Virus record (IMG/VR): IMGVR_UViG_3300041411_000080
Location: 62,001 to 126,000 of that record
Direction: 5' to 3' (one strand)
Length of the DNA stretch: 64,000 nt
Each line of letters opens with the position of its first letter. Within the stretch, counting starts at the first letter, position 1. A model generated the notes under the pieces. The model was not told the origin of the DNA. It saw only the letters and a program-made list of their open reading frames with translations, and did no database searches. A program made the translations under genes and the position numbers. This document shows, piece after piece, positions 28,301-37,826 of this stretch.

Positions 28301-29449
28301 CGCAGCACCACCAGCGAACTGGCCGGCCATCTTGTACTTGTCCTTCCACATGTTGCCACCAGAACCTTCACCCATCTTCATCGCCATTACGGCTAAGCTG
28401 AGTTTCTGGCTCATGTCACTGGTGATCTTACCCTGTGCGTTTCCACCGTAGTCACCGAGGAAGTGAGAAAGAGTTTTGCTAGCTGCTTTCTGAGCAATGC
28501 CGCCAACAAAGCCCTGTCTTGCTCCAGCCTTACCCATCGTCCCAAGGTCATTACGACCATTCTTCTGGAAGTCGGTCATACCGGTGTTACGAATCATCGC
28601 ATTGAAAGCCTGAGCATTCAGCTCAAGGTTAGCTTCCTGTAATTTGATGAGTTCCTTAATACCGATATAGCTACGGAATTGGAGTTCCAGACCTTTACGT
28701 TGGAACCCGTAGTTAACCTGTGTGTTATACCCATTAAGTTGTTGAAGATTGTCAACCGCCATACCCATGGCTTTAGCGGTAAAATCAAATCGTTTGGTTT
28801 TGAGAAGATCACGAACACTGTTCTCAGCACGCATTTGGTTATGACGTGCTTGGGCACCTTGCTCGGCCCGGTTATGGTTCACTTTACCCGAGAGGGCAAT
28901 GTTGTCCAACGCCGTTTCGATATCACTGGTGTCTTTACGATCTTGAGCAGCACGACGGATTGCAGTCTGATCACGCTGAGACTGAATCGTGTAGTCATAC
29001 TCGTCAATCTTATTCTCTAGACCCTGACTAATGTCATTGTAAAGACCCTTAGGTGCGTATTCTTCAAGCTTAGGCAAAAGAGCCTGTGCTCGTTTAGCGA
29101 TGTATTTTAAGTCAGACGCGTTAGTACGCTCGAGAGAGTCTTTGATATCCCGAGATGCGCTTACAGCCTCATCGGCAAAGCCCATCAGGTTAGAGATACC
29201 ATCAGGAGCAGCCGAGCGTAAAAAGTTTCTGACAACATCTTTAGTACGAATGCGATCGCTGAATGATTCTTTAATCCCTTCCCAGACTTCGCTGAGTGGT
29301 CCACTCTTACCTGAAGAATCACTCTCCAGTGGACCAAACATATCGTCGAAATCTCCAAGGTCGAGAACCATTGGACCGCCCGATACTTTGATGTTTCCCT
29401 GACCGTCGGTCCCTTTAGGAGCGGCGATGGGAATAGTCTTTTTAGCCAT
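22358..29449 (-). CDS. Tape measure protein with C-terminal lytic transglycosylase domain, phiKZ gp181-like
   Basis: 2363 aa, Ala/Gly/Lys-rich; SLT motifs LAIVGLESG, ATGWFQFIDSTW, YMAHFLG; divergent from RNAP genes. Confidence 0.9.
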   Translation of the reverse strand: MAKKTIPIAAPKGTDGQGNIKVSGGPMVLDLGDFDDMFGPLESDSSGKSGPLSEVWEGIKESFSDRIRTKDVVRNFLRSAAPDGISNLMGFADEAVSASRDIKDSLERTNASDLKYIAKRAQALLPKLEEYAPKGLYNDISQGLENKIDEYDYTIQSQRDQTAIRRAAQDRKDTSDIETALDNIALSGKVNHNRAEQGAQARHNQMRAENSVRDLLKTKRFDFTAKAMGMAVDNLQQLNGYNTQVNYGFQRKGLELQFRSYIGIKELIKLQEANLELNAQAFNAMIRNTGMTDFQKNGRNDLGTMGKAGARQGFVGGIAQKAASKTLSHFLGDYGGNAQGKITSDMSQKLSLAVMAMKMGEGSGGNMWKDKYKMAGQFAGGAAGDFIMDQLIPMLGREARPGLTNLSNKHMGGKHNQIGYYLDNMPAFLQEFVNNNQNSHGMKGKIRNMIAPYVPQFGLQDRTNGSNYQTIDQAAQFNQMTQRTIVDAIPGYLARILQTLRQIKTGSEDVGREVFDATTGKFTLETTAHDNLQNKIVPKNAIRSASTTINDALNTMDEDGKLSPQARKALAERMLRDASTNRRFDPEAYIKSKGYAKDMPPEVAKELEGFFNSKFKMDSDGKMADNADNHKLRQEFSQVFLDIRSISRDPIKEIQKMIDSGHTEPLRAIGIIITEDGFDKINYPRIWEILRGGVTDHNPYGPGGNGDDPYRDDRSGESGHRDFMGPTVPDAATRGLNAARRLRTKYSPEEQAARDRMAKELKGMRGRFGAAAAHVQGFANGIPGHFANMQQQAAAAGGYGAMLSGQYKGQMSGMLDAGLAGFNQFTAKASDVVNDGASKMANRSDEVITDLYTKFDKNYPAIRVRDFTNGSLIDYNTKKVVTKLSDITGKLINANGDVMLSANELAAGLMNANGDIVLKVDSQANSKVAEAIAKSEPKLGGVESSEAADPNSDEKLNSQDWALGPGEDPVITARGLASGEYYDAAGKVVTSIKEIASDVFDRSGNLVISAKEFANGLWSRRTGTRYRPTKGFAKLLRGVGKAAKFSGQSTGNIAWGAAKFMGKAALGIGSRLFNIIADNQNAYLEGDRIPVLTRRALQNGEYYDDKGQVIEDFVDVYSIIHDAKGEPVIPAEQYKLLKNYDGTRHVLAKNKRIWGKLVMRPMRALRNAYGRATKNYYKWLGKKTMAVGAWAGKKTLGGFSKAGGNILSKMFEKIPEEQRGAMEATAAGASMANQPVVEGLQEILNELREQRPKEIRKGSWQDKDAKKATEEESEEAQAKAEDKKGGFFKRGLAGIAGMLGLGKKKDESEEEDDDDGGILSDVADIADIGDAVGDHNERRRNRKAGKLGRMGGGRLGKMASRMASSKGGQLIGRMGGSLLARGAMMAGTAIAGLLSAPVLIAGAAIAVTAGAAYLGYNRYKDISGEFRELRLAQYGVDKPVEKGLIDSITSLSMFSLGGDKVKVLKLEGLLEKYTTKDSEKPGFTLPPEAATETLNIMGIDLEDEESVMVFARWMQKRFKPVYLQWIAGLQKIGQGSVNINEVDDKVPEELKGDFLETIRFPYNNDSPYGVTDNPFAPSYPLPNNMDVISKMFDTLKEKYGLKKKEAEAKAATGKPGEEMTVKKEGAAAGTTAAATTGAVATGAGAMSAAQKLADEANKADKAKADTFNTPGAGAGVAATAAAGTLSGTIADLSAKIGRTLTALQAIRMRAYGMEFLTVTNVKAALALEAFYAKDLQVSEYSVDYSGDAGALLKEAGQLFGKDTTIGADDRYELHGWLTNRFAPVFRAYYGTALRAQPSANLSGLESKLKASEKVSVANAMLGAVDGFARSVWDQPSLFEIKGNPKDLKKLADADLVSLQKEAEKEAVGTPTQKASDQVAGKNAADKGGSFVDNVISGIKDTWESTKETVSTTLNNAADAIGDTAASAKMALGMGADYGGDGKAKGGAIQSAGNKGTVTAGNGGKWEAIPMPASSGSIRDALPTLKAVSGMTGVPLDWLLAIVGLESGFRYTVKAATSSATGWFQFIDSTWDMMYAKGIKLFGLPPDPSKSRAARNDPRINALLGAQFTRDNWEGLKKGLGRDNITDTDVYMAHFLGLGGALKFLRADPNAYGYKIFKKEYSANMPLFFVGGRPSQPRTISEMYQMFQKKIEKFWATTGKGYRSSEGAAASGVPEAQTPGAETSPAKADAEQLTASLKEDAKDQDGVGKSGSGQDPSDVPNAQPTVASVASDTAPMPGAPASGGGSSTPSSSVNAEGADSGGGAIDANRQAQMDTAQSQNARREAEVRREQKTASEANDVQTKQLNVLYEIRDFLKVAFEQIGNKSGNGGSGGGGSQGQSGNNMTPSGIQNRSAAQRPSALTLK

Positions 29450-29516
29450 GTTGATAACTCCATCGATATCAATTAATCATATCGTTGCCATGTAAATCCC
29501 CCACTGAGGAAATAAA

Positions 29517-31169
29517 ATGAAAAAGGCATTGTTGCCCTTCAACATCTCACTACTGATTCCGACCAAGGCACAACTTGGTTTTCTGGGTCAAGTAACGAGT
29601 CATGAGATCTTTGAAGGCTTAGGTGGTAACTTCCACGAGAAGGGTTTGTTCTCTACCGAGATCTTCGGTCGGATCAGTTCTAACGAACGTGAATCTCGCT
29701 TCGGTTACATAGAACTAGGTTTACCCGTAATCCATCCGGTAGTCTATCGGAACATTCTTAAGCTCAAGGGTTTCTATGAAGACATCATCCTCGGTAAAGC
29801 TTTTGCAACCTTCGATAAAGAACTGAAAGACTTCATTCCCGCAAACGAATTGAATGGTACTACCGGTTACACATTCTTCTTTGACAACTGGAAAGACGTT
29901 GAGTTTAAATCGACGGGTTCTGGTATCCGATTGAACCGTTTGCAGCTGATCGACAAATATAAAGATAACTGTATCCTGAAACAGTTCCTTGTAGCCCCTG
30001 CTGCGTTCCGTGAGGTCGAGATCGATGCTTATGGTCGCACCACTATGGATGAAGTAAATGAACTCTACAGGCGGCTTCTCCAGCAGTCTCGTGACATCCC
30101 TGAATACTTCGGTCCTAATGACGATCTGAGTATCTACGATCGTAAACGGGTTGCTTTGCAGAACACCGTAGTTGAGATCTATAACCACTACGAACGTCTG
30201 CTGTCCGGTAAAGGTGGTTTCATTCAATCCAACTGGGCTTCTCGTAAAGTCTTTAACGGTACTCGAAATGTAATCTCCTCGTTGGATACTAACGCTGCTG
30301 ACTTGGATCTACCGAACCGACCTAAGTTTAAGGACGTCGCTATCGGTCTGTATCAAGGCGCCGTGTCGGTTAAACCTAAGACGATCTATGGCCTGCGTAG
30401 TTCGGTTATTGGTGATGTGTTTGATTCTCTGACTCAACGGGTAGAACTTATCAACAAGAAGACCCTTAAGTTGGAATGGGTTGATGTAGGTACAGACGTG
30501 CTTGACCGTTGGGCTACTCCAGATGGCTTGGAGAAAGTTATCAACGAGTTGAAGGTGGTGGATCAACGTTCTCGAGCAATTGAGATCGAAGGTCATTATC
30601 TGGCGCTGATCTACAAAGACAAGGATTCTAACTTCAAGATCTTCCGGGATATCACCAGTTTCCCTAAGCACCTGAACAAAGAGTTTATCTACCCACTGAC
30701 CTATGCCGAGCTAGTATACCTGAGCGGCTTATCTATGTGGAACACCACAGTTGGGTTTGTTACTCGTTACCCGATTGAGAACTACAACAGTTCTATTCCC
30801 TGCCGTATGTATCTCAAGACCACCGTTAAAGGTGAGCTTCGTCACCAACTGGGTTGGGACTGGAAGCGTGATCCTGATTTGCCACTGGCATTGGAATTCC
30901 CAGTGTTCGAGCTGAACAAGCCTGCACAATGGCACGACTCCATTTCAGTACCTCCAGCAACACTCGCTCCACTAACAGCTGACTTCGACGGTGACACCAC
31001 CTCGTGGATTGCATGTTATTCGAATGAGTCGATTGCTGAATGCAATAAATTCTTTAAGTCCCGTTTGGCATATATCCGAGCTGGTGGTGGTATTGCGTTC
31101 TCACTGAACATCCATACCCTTAACCTCACACTCCGGTACATGACAGGCGATCCTCAGCCAAGGAAATAA
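29517..31169 (+). CDS. Virion RNA polymerase beta' N-terminal subunit (catalytic), phiKZ gp180-like
   Basis: GLFSTEIFG, LLSGKGG, RYP and catalytic ADFDGD motif. Confidence 0.9.
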   Translation: MKKALLPFNISLLIPTKAQLGFLGQVTSHEIFEGLGGNFHEKGLFSTEIFGRISSNERESRFGYIELGLPVIHPVVYRNILKLKGFYEDIILGKAFATFDKELKDFIPANELNGTTGYTFFFDNWKDVEFKSTGSGIRLNRLQLIDKYKDNCILKQFLVAPAAFREVEIDAYGRTTMDEVNELYRRLLQQSRDIPEYFGPNDDLSIYDRKRVALQNTVVEIYNHYERLLSGKGGFIQSNWASRKVFNGTRNVISSLDTNAADLDLPNRPKFKDVAIGLYQGAVSVKPKTIYGLRSSVIGDVFDSLTQRVELINKKTLKLEWVDVGTDVLDRWATPDGLEKVINELKVVDQRSRAIEIEGHYLALIYKDKDSNFKIFRDITSFPKHLNKEFIYPLTYAELVYLSGLSMWNTTVGFVTRYPIENYNSSIPCRMYLKTTVKGELRHQLGWDWKRDPDLPLALEFPVFELNKPAQWHDSISVPPATLAPLTADFDGDTTSWIACYSNESIAECNKFFKSRLAYIRAGGGIAFSLNIHTLNLTLRYMTGDPQPRK

Positions 31170-31172
31170 TTC

Positions 31173-34100
31173 ATGCGCTTAAAAATCATACAGTTTCTTA
31201 GAGACTACGGTCTCCGTCAGATTGGGGAGCTTCAGTCTCCTCGTCTGCACGCGATTAAGAAATTCGACTTCCCGATGGAAACCATCTATCACTTCTGGGA
31301 TGACAACACTGCTGTAATCGGACCGAGTCAAGTTGATCCCATTATTGCTAAGCTGAAAGGTAAGGTGTTCATTGAACACTTTACTCAACTGGAAACTCTG
31401 GATGGTAGTCCTAAGCGCACGGGGGTGTTGCCAATCACCCTCCTGAACGACTTCCGTAAGCAACACCGTTTCTTTAAACCGCTTCGTCGGGATGAGTCTG
31501 TACGTCTGAACCAACAGAACGTTGCGTTGTTTAACTACAACATGCTCAACCCACTGTATCGCTACATCGCCAGCTATAAAGCTACCTACTACCGTTGGTG
31601 TAACAATGCTGCAACGATGTGGACTGGTGTGGCGAATGCGGTTGAACGTTTCCCTCAGTGGAACCACTTCATCGAGCTGCATGTACCTGAACGGATTCCT
31701 ACTATCGCTCAGTTCAAACAACTCGAGACTTCACAGAACCAACACCTACTGGAATTGTTCAATACCGGTAGTTTGCTGAATCTGTTTGATCTGTATCGTT
31801 ACTTAGGTTTGGAACGTAAGACTAGTTACATCTCTAAGATCCCTAAGGCAGCGCTGGCACAGATTAACTTCTTTGTCCGTGTCCAAGGTAGCTTCTTTGT
31901 TATCAACCTTGGTAAGCTCGATGAGTGGCGTACACAGACCGAGGAAGAAGCGGAAGCTGATGCTATCGAAGCAGCTGCTCAGAAGGTAGCTCTTGAGAAC
32001 AACGATAAAGAAGCTCTGTTTGCAATGGGCTTTGAATCGTACATCGATGACTTCGGTATGGAAGCTTATTTCAAACCTGAAGTGTTGCAGCGTCGTTTCA
32101 TTAGTTTGATGACGACTCTGGTTGAATACGCACATGGCGGTGGCACACTCATTGAGAATGACGCTAACGTACAAGGTAACAACCTGCTGCAAGCGTTCAA
32201 AGAGATCACTGAAGAACAACCGGTTGCTCCAGTTGATCCTGATGATGAGGAAGAGTTGGATGAAGAGAAGCCTAAGGTTGTAGAGGAAGAAGTCGTTGAG
32301 GTAGATGCTACTGAAGTGGGTGAACCTCTCAGTAAGGTCTATAAACAGTTTGACCTCGATATCCTGCAAGTTACCTTTGAACCTCCTCCCGAGTTGGATC
32401 TTGAACGGACTACACTGCATATCGAAAACGATGAGATGTCTGAGGCTGCGGTTAAGACACTTAAAGTAGAAGAACGTAAACCGGGTACACCTGCACGTCA
32501 GGAAGAGTTCACTACTGGCGATGAGATGTTGGATGGTGTTGCTAAGCGAGCTTATCGTCTGGCTAAGACCAACATGATTTCTGAACGTAGTTTCGAACAA
32601 GCCGTTGACCAAGCTATGTCTTACGAGACAATGCCTGATCCGTTCGGTTCTGGGTTGACCGTTAAAGAAGCCATGCAGTATTCGGCTGAAGACTTCACTG
32701 TTCCAGTAGACGCGTTCCCGGACAAAGCTACGATCATGGACAAGGCAATGCTGAAGTCGGTTCACAAACCGATGATGCGTAAGTACGTCAAGACACTGCT
32801 ACCGAAAGACATCCTCAACGCAATCATGTTTGTACAGCGTCAAGGTGTATCGGTAACCGATATCAAGATTCGTGAAAACGAAGACGTGATGAACCATACT
32901 CAAACGTTCACCGTTACTGTTAAACCAGTACGGGCTCCAGCGAGTAACTTGGAATTCACTATCCCGGTTATCGACAAAGACGGTCGCTTCTTGTCTAACG
33001 GTGTTACTTACCGTCAGCGTATTCAACGTGCTGATATTCCAATCCGTAAAGTTAACCCAATGAAAGTTGCGTTGACCAGCTATACGAACAAGACATTCGT
33101 ATTGCGTTCGGAACGGGCTGATAACAACTACGATAAGTGGTTGACCCGTCAGTTGGATGTTAAGGCTCGTGATGAGTCTAACAACATTATCTCTAACCCT
33201 AAGTTTGCTGAGATTGATCTGAGTGAGTTCCAAGGGCTGCCGCGTGTGTACACTGCTCTGGCTACTAAGTTCAGTGCGTTCGACAACGGCGATATTCACT
33301 TCTACTTCAACTACCCTAAACGGGAAGAACACTTCCAGACTAAATACGGTATCACAGCTTCTAATGTGGAACGTGACGGGATGGTGTTGGTGGGTGCTTA
33401 TAACAACACCCCAGTAGTTGTGGATCAGCAAGGCGTGTTCTATCTCCAGGAGTCTATGACTGATCTGGAACCAATGGGGACTATCGTTGACCTCGCTGGA
33501 TTGAACCTGACCAAAGCTCCACTGGAATCGGTAGACGTTAAGATCGGTGGTAAAGACATTCCTCTGGGTCTGGTACTGGGTTATCAGTTTGGTTTCAATA
33601 ACCTGCTTGACAAACTCGGTGTTGAGTACACTGCTTATCCTCGTGGTACTAAAGGTGTAGTGATTCAACCAGATGAATGGGTATTGGCATTTAACGATGA
33701 AGTGTTGGTATTCCCACGCTCTGATTATAAGGCCATGTTGGTATTGGGTGGGATGCGTCGTTATCACAAGTCGCTACGTAACTACTCCCGCTATGACTTC
33801 AACCGTAAGGACGTTTACTTCCGTATCCTTGCTGAGCAAGACATGGGCGCTCGATTCTTGAAAGAGATCGAATTCCTGTTCGAAGCTTGGTTAGACCCTA
33901 TCACTAAGGGTCTGTTGGAGGAGATGGGTGAGCCAACTGACTTTGAAGGGTTGCTGTACCGCTCTGTAGAGCTGCTGATGAACGATTGGTCTCCTAATGA
34001 GGTAGACGGTGCTTACATGCGTTATCGTGGCTACGAACGTATTGCAGGCCAAGTCTTCAGTAGTCTGTCCAAGGCTGTGAAACGCTTTAACAACCGTGAA

Positions 34101-35618
34101 GGTTCCGCTGATCAGAAAGTGATTCTTGATCGTCATGAAGTATGGCGCGAGTTGAACGATCCGACAGTTGCCACCATCGAAGACTCGAACCCAATTGCTA
34201 ACCTGCGTGAGCAAGAAGCAATGACCTATCGTGGGTCGGGTGGTCGAGCTGCTGTATCGATGGTTGCTCGTACCCGTGTGTATGGTGATAACGATCGGGG
34301 GATTATCTCTGAATCGACAGTTGACTCTGGTGACGTAGGTATTATTGCTTACATGACTCCTGATGCTAACTTCACTTCCATGCGTGGTTTGACTCGCACG
34401 TTTGATGAGTCTGTTGATGCTAAGTCTAAGTTGTTCTCTACCTCTGCACTCTTGGGTGTAGGTATGGCACACGATGACATGAAGCGTATCGGCTTTGCGT
34501 CGATTCAACAGCAACAAGGTTTGTATGCAGATGGTTACGACCTCTCTCCAGTTCGTACTGGTTATGAGCAAGTGATCGCACAACGTACATCGAGTATCTT
34601 TGCGACCTCAGCTGATCAAGACGGTGAAGTTATCTCCGTTGACAAACATGCTGTACTTGTGAAGTATGCCGATGGTGAAATTGAATCTGCTCCACTGGGC
34701 ACGATTCATGGTTCTGCTGCTGGTGTGGTTTATCCACATGACTTGGTGACCGATCTTAAGAAAGGTGACAAAGTAAAACGCGGTGACACAATCTCATACA
34801 ACCGTAAGTATTTCAAGAAGGATCGCTACAACCCTAATCAAGCATCTTGGATGCCTGGGGTTATTGGCGTGGTTGTATTTAGTGACAACCTCGATACCCT
34901 CGAGGACGGATCTGTTGTTTCGGAATCCATGGCTGTTAAGTTGAACACACAGACCGCTGACGTGAAGAACGTTATCGTTCGGTTCGACCAACATGTCCGG
35001 GATCTGGTTAAAGTGGGTGACCACCTCGACCTGAATTCAATTCTATGTATTATTGAAGATCCTGAAACTGCGGGTAACACGCTGTTTGATGAAGCTTCTA
35101 TTGAGACACTCAAACGTCTCTCGGCTGCCACACCTACTGCTAAGGTAGTTGGTACGGTATCTCGAATCGAATGTTTCTATCACGGTGACCTAGATGACAT
35201 GTCTGACAACCTGCGTTCAATCGCAGAACGTTCAGATGAAGAACGTGCTGAAGCTGCACGTCAACGAGGGCGCAATGCTCACTCCGGTGAAGTAGATTCC
35301 TCCTTCCGTATTAAAGGTCAAGTGCTGGAACCAGATAGCATGGTTATTCGTATTTACATCGACCATGATATTCCATTCGGTACGGGTGACAAAGCTGTAC
35401 TGTGTAACCAGATGAAGACTGTTATCTCTCGTGTGATGACTGGTACTAACACTCTGGAAGATGGCACGCCAATCGATATCATCTTCGGCAATACGTCTGT
35501 AGAAGAACGGATGGTAATGTCTCCGAAACTAATCGCAACCACTAGCATGCTCTTGAAGCAACTCTCCAAACACATTGCTGGTGTATACCGAGGAACTAAA
35601 CATGCAAAAGCAAAGTAA
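31173..35618 (+). CDS. Virion RNA polymerase beta N-terminal subunit, phiKZ gp178-like
   Basis: 1481 aa; DSGDVG, QQQ, RTGYE, EDG, GDK and KTVISR beta-like motifs. Confidence 0.9.
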   Translation: MRLKIIQFLRDYGLRQIGELQSPRLHAIKKFDFPMETIYHFWDDNTAVIGPSQVDPIIAKLKGKVFIEHFTQLETLDGSPKRTGVLPITLLNDFRKQHRFFKPLRRDESVRLNQQNVALFNYNMLNPLYRYIASYKATYYRWCNNAATMWTGVANAVERFPQWNHFIELHVPERIPTIAQFKQLETSQNQHLLELFNTGSLLNLFDLYRYLGLERKTSYISKIPKAALAQINFFVRVQGSFFVINLGKLDEWRTQTEEEAEADAIEAAAQKVALENNDKEALFAMGFESYIDDFGMEAYFKPEVLQRRFISLMTTLVEYAHGGGTLIENDANVQGNNLLQAFKEITEEQPVAPVDPDDEEELDEEKPKVVEEEVVEVDATEVGEPLSKVYKQFDLDILQVTFEPPPELDLERTTLHIENDEMSEAAVKTLKVEERKPGTPARQEEFTTGDEMLDGVAKRAYRLAKTNMISERSFEQAVDQAMSYETMPDPFGSGLTVKEAMQYSAEDFTVPVDAFPDKATIMDKAMLKSVHKPMMRKYVKTLLPKDILNAIMFVQRQGVSVTDIKIRENEDVMNHTQTFTVTVKPVRAPASNLEFTIPVIDKDGRFLSNGVTYRQRIQRADIPIRKVNPMKVALTSYTNKTFVLRSERADNNYDKWLTRQLDVKARDESNNIISNPKFAEIDLSEFQGLPRVYTALATKFSAFDNGDIHFYFNYPKREEHFQTKYGITASNVERDGMVLVGAYNNTPVVVDQQGVFYLQESMTDLEPMGTIVDLAGLNLTKAPLESVDVKIGGKDIPLGLVLGYQFGFNNLLDKLGVEYTAYPRGTKGVVIQPDEWVLAFNDEVLVFPRSDYKAMLVLGGMRRYHKSLRNYSRYDFNRKDVYFRILAEQDMGARFLKEIEFLFEAWLDPITKGLLEEMGEPTDFEGLLYRSVELLMNDWSPNEVDGAYMRYRGYERIAGQVFSSLSKAVKRFNNREGSADQKVILDRHEVWRELNDPTVATIEDSNPIANLREQEAMTYRGSGGRAAVSMVARTRVYGDNDRGIISESTVDSGDVGIIAYMTPDANFTSMRGLTRTFDESVDAKSKLFSTSALLGVGMAHDDMKRIGFASIQQQQGLYADGYDLSPVRTGYEQVIAQRTSSIFATSADQDGEVISVDKHAVLVKYADGEIESAPLGTIHGSAAGVVYPHDLVTDLKKGDKVKRGDTISYNRKYFKKDRYNPNQASWMPGVIGVVVFSDNLDTLEDGSVVSESMAVKLNTQTADVKNVIVRFDQHVRDLVKVGDHLDLNSILCIIEDPETAGNTLFDEASIETLKRLSAATPTAKVVGTVSRIECFYHGDLDDMSDNLRSIAERSDEERAEAARQRGRNAHSGEVDSSFRIKGQVLEPDSMVIRIYIDHDIPFGTGDKAVLCNQMKTVISRVMTGTNTLEDGTPIDIIFGNTSVEERMVMSPKLIATTSMLLKQLSKHIAGVYRGTKHAKAK

Positions 35619-35799
35619 CAACGTAGTCTTCGGACAGAACCTTGCCGTTCTGACCGCTGCTGCTGAACTGGGCACAGAAGCAATTCTGCGCTCCCTGGGC
35701 TCCGAATCGGCTGCCAACACCATCGAAGGCGAATCGCTCTCCGCTGCGGATATTAAAGCCGCATTGGTTGGTCGTATGCTTAAACAACTGAACTGCTAA
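35602..35799 (+). CDS. Small protein in vRNAP operon (start revised to MQKQSN)
   Basis: GAGGA RBS; overlaps beta stop; biased codon usage. Confidence 0.65.
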   Translation: MQKQSNNVVFGQNLAVLTAAAELGTEAILRSLGSESAANTIEGESLSAADIKAALVGRMLKQLNC

Positions 35800-35811
35800 T
35801 TAGGAGCTATC

Positions 35812-37803
35812 ATGTACCAATCCGAAACTATGGACGCTGTCCGTGACGCAGCCCAGACGTTGACTCGGGAAGGTAAAGTACTGACCATGGGGAACCCTGA
35901 GTTCCCTTTGGCTGTATTCGCCGACACCTACAAAGTTGACGCAGAGCCGACCAACACTGCGCTCCCTGATGAAGAGATCGTAGCTGTTGAAGAACACTTC
36001 GATGAGATCAACCAAGACACCACTCCGGCTGAAGATGATTCCCGTGAAGGTATTGTTGCTAACTTGGGCCAAGCTGTAGCCAAGGTTCAGTTCAACACTA
36101 CCAACGTGATTATCCCTGCTATTAAAGCAATGCATCAAGCTTACGCTAGTATGCAAGCTGCTTCTTGCCAACCTGAGTACTCGGTTAAGGCTTGGCGTTA
36201 TCTGGCTCCTCACAACAGCGCTACGCTGGTTAACCACATCAACACTCGGTACACTACCGTTCGTCCGAAAGACTCTTATAAGTCGTTCGCTCTGGAAGGC
36301 CAGTCTGCTGAAGCCATTATCGAAATGATGGCGGTCAACAACCCACACCTCGAACAAGAGGAAGTAACTGAGTGGGCTCTGGAAGTTGGTAGTGCTCGTG
36401 TTGAAGCTGTGTGGAACTCGCTGTTTACCACTGGCCATGTAATGCCGGGTGGTCTGCCTTACCTTTCAGCTCAATCTGCACCGTTTAACGTTGACGACAT
36501 TCTGGTTGCTTATCTGATTTGCGGCCACTACATCGACAACCCAGTTGTGGTTCCTAACATCTCCGTTGATCTGGAAGAGTGGGAACACACCATGAAACTG
36601 TTGCACGAAATGTTCGGCTTCTATCTGATGCGCGCTTACGTGCGTCGTGCTGACATGCGTGAACAGGGTGTGATGATCCTGAAGAACGAGGCTACCAACC
36701 CAATCGCTACCCGTAAAGCAGTTGTTACTGTTAACGGTGACGTGTTCGATCCATGGGTTGTAGGTGGTGGTGACATTCAAGCTATTCTGGGCGCTGCTGT
36801 TGAGAACACTGGCGTCACTGACGTTAAGTATCTGGACGCCGCTGCACACAAGTTCATTGAACGCTGGCATGAAGTTTACCCACTGATTCAACAAGCGGCT
36901 ATCGACTATTCTGATCGTCAGCGGATGAACAACGTTATTACTACCTTCCGTGAAATCGGTCGTAGTGAACTGTTGAAAGACCGTTACACTCCAGAAACTG
37001 AAACTGCTCTGATTGATGCACTCCGTTACGTACGTCGTGACGATTACGAGAATCCATACAAGGTCTTCTCGAATCTGATCTGCCGTGTTTACTTCCCTGA
37101 ATCGACTTACCTCGAATATCTGGATGCTATCGATCAACATGGTCAAACCTTTACCAAGGCTTCTGTTCGTGAACTGGCTACCCAAGCGATGATCTCGCTG
37201 GTTGCTATCTTCCAAGCGAAGCAGATCAAGGTTGAAGGGTTTATCCCTGAGATTGATCCAGAAGGTTCGGCTGGTGGTCCTATTGATGACTCCGGTCTCT
37301 TGGCGATTACTGATGATGAAGCTCCTGAAGAAACCGCTGATGGCATTGAAGGTGAAATCGGTGACACTGGCGAAGTGGGTGATACCGGCGTGGTTGATGA
37401 TCTCACTGGCGATGATGCTGGCATGGACGATCTTGCTGGCGGCACTGACGGTGGTCTGGACGATGCAGCTGATAGCTTGGGTGGTGATGACACTGCTCTC
37501 GATACCGATCTCGGTGGGACTGATACTGAAGCGGCTGTAGGTGAAGCTACTGATGTAGAAGAAGACTTCTCTGCTGAACCAGAGGAAGAAGATCCATACG
37601 CTGAACTGGAAACCGGTGAAGCTGATGACGTGGAAGAAGAGTCGGAAGAAGTTGAATCTGAGGAAACTACAGAAGAGACCGAAGAAGAATCTGAGTCCGC
37701 TGAGGTAGAAGAAGAATCCGAAGAGACTACTGAGGAAACTGACGTCGAAGAGACTGAAGAATCCGAGGAAGAAACTGAAGAAGACGACACCCCTTTAGCG
37801 TAA
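35812..37803 (+). CDS. Virion head protein, phiKZ gp177-like, with long acidic C-terminal tail
   Basis: GGAG RBS; synteny between vRNAP beta and protease; E/D-rich last ~170 aa. Confidence 0.75.
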   Translation: MYQSETMDAVRDAAQTLTREGKVLTMGNPEFPLAVFADTYKVDAEPTNTALPDEEIVAVEEHFDEINQDTTPAEDDSREGIVANLGQAVAKVQFNTTNVIIPAIKAMHQAYASMQAASCQPEYSVKAWRYLAPHNSATLVNHINTRYTTVRPKDSYKSFALEGQSAEAIIEMMAVNNPHLEQEEVTEWALEVGSARVEAVWNSLFTTGHVMPGGLPYLSAQSAPFNVDDILVAYLICGHYIDNPVVVPNISVDLEEWEHTMKLLHEMFGFYLMRAYVRRADMREQGVMILKNEATNPIATRKAVVTVNGDVFDPWVVGGGDIQAILGAAVENTGVTDVKYLDAAAHKFIERWHEVYPLIQQAAIDYSDRQRMNNVITTFREIGRSELLKDRYTPETETALIDALRYVRRDDYENPYKVFSNLICRVYFPESTYLEYLDAIDQHGQTFTKASVRELATQAMISLVAIFQAKQIKVEGFIPEIDPEGSAGGPIDDSGLLAITDDEAPEETADGIEGEIGDTGEVGDTGVVDDLTGDDAGMDDLAGGTDGGLDDAADSLGGDDTALDTDLGGTDTEAAVGEATDVEEDFSAEPEEEDPYAELETGEADDVEEESEEVESEETTEETEEESESAEVEEESEETTEETDVEETEESEEETEEDDTPLA

Positions 37804-37826
37804 GCCAGCCTTCAAAAGAAGCTTGG
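37791..37826 (+). promoter_or_regulatory. Candidate -1 programmed ribosomal frameshift signal
   Basis: In-frame slippery heptamer C-CCT-TTA (37791-37797), 7-nt spacer, hairpin CCAG(C)CTTC-AAAA-GAAGCT(T)GG. Confidence 0.65.

Noticed and set aside
37143-37790. Ser-rich 215-aa minus-strand ORF
   Set aside because: Reverse complement of the GAA-rich acidic tail
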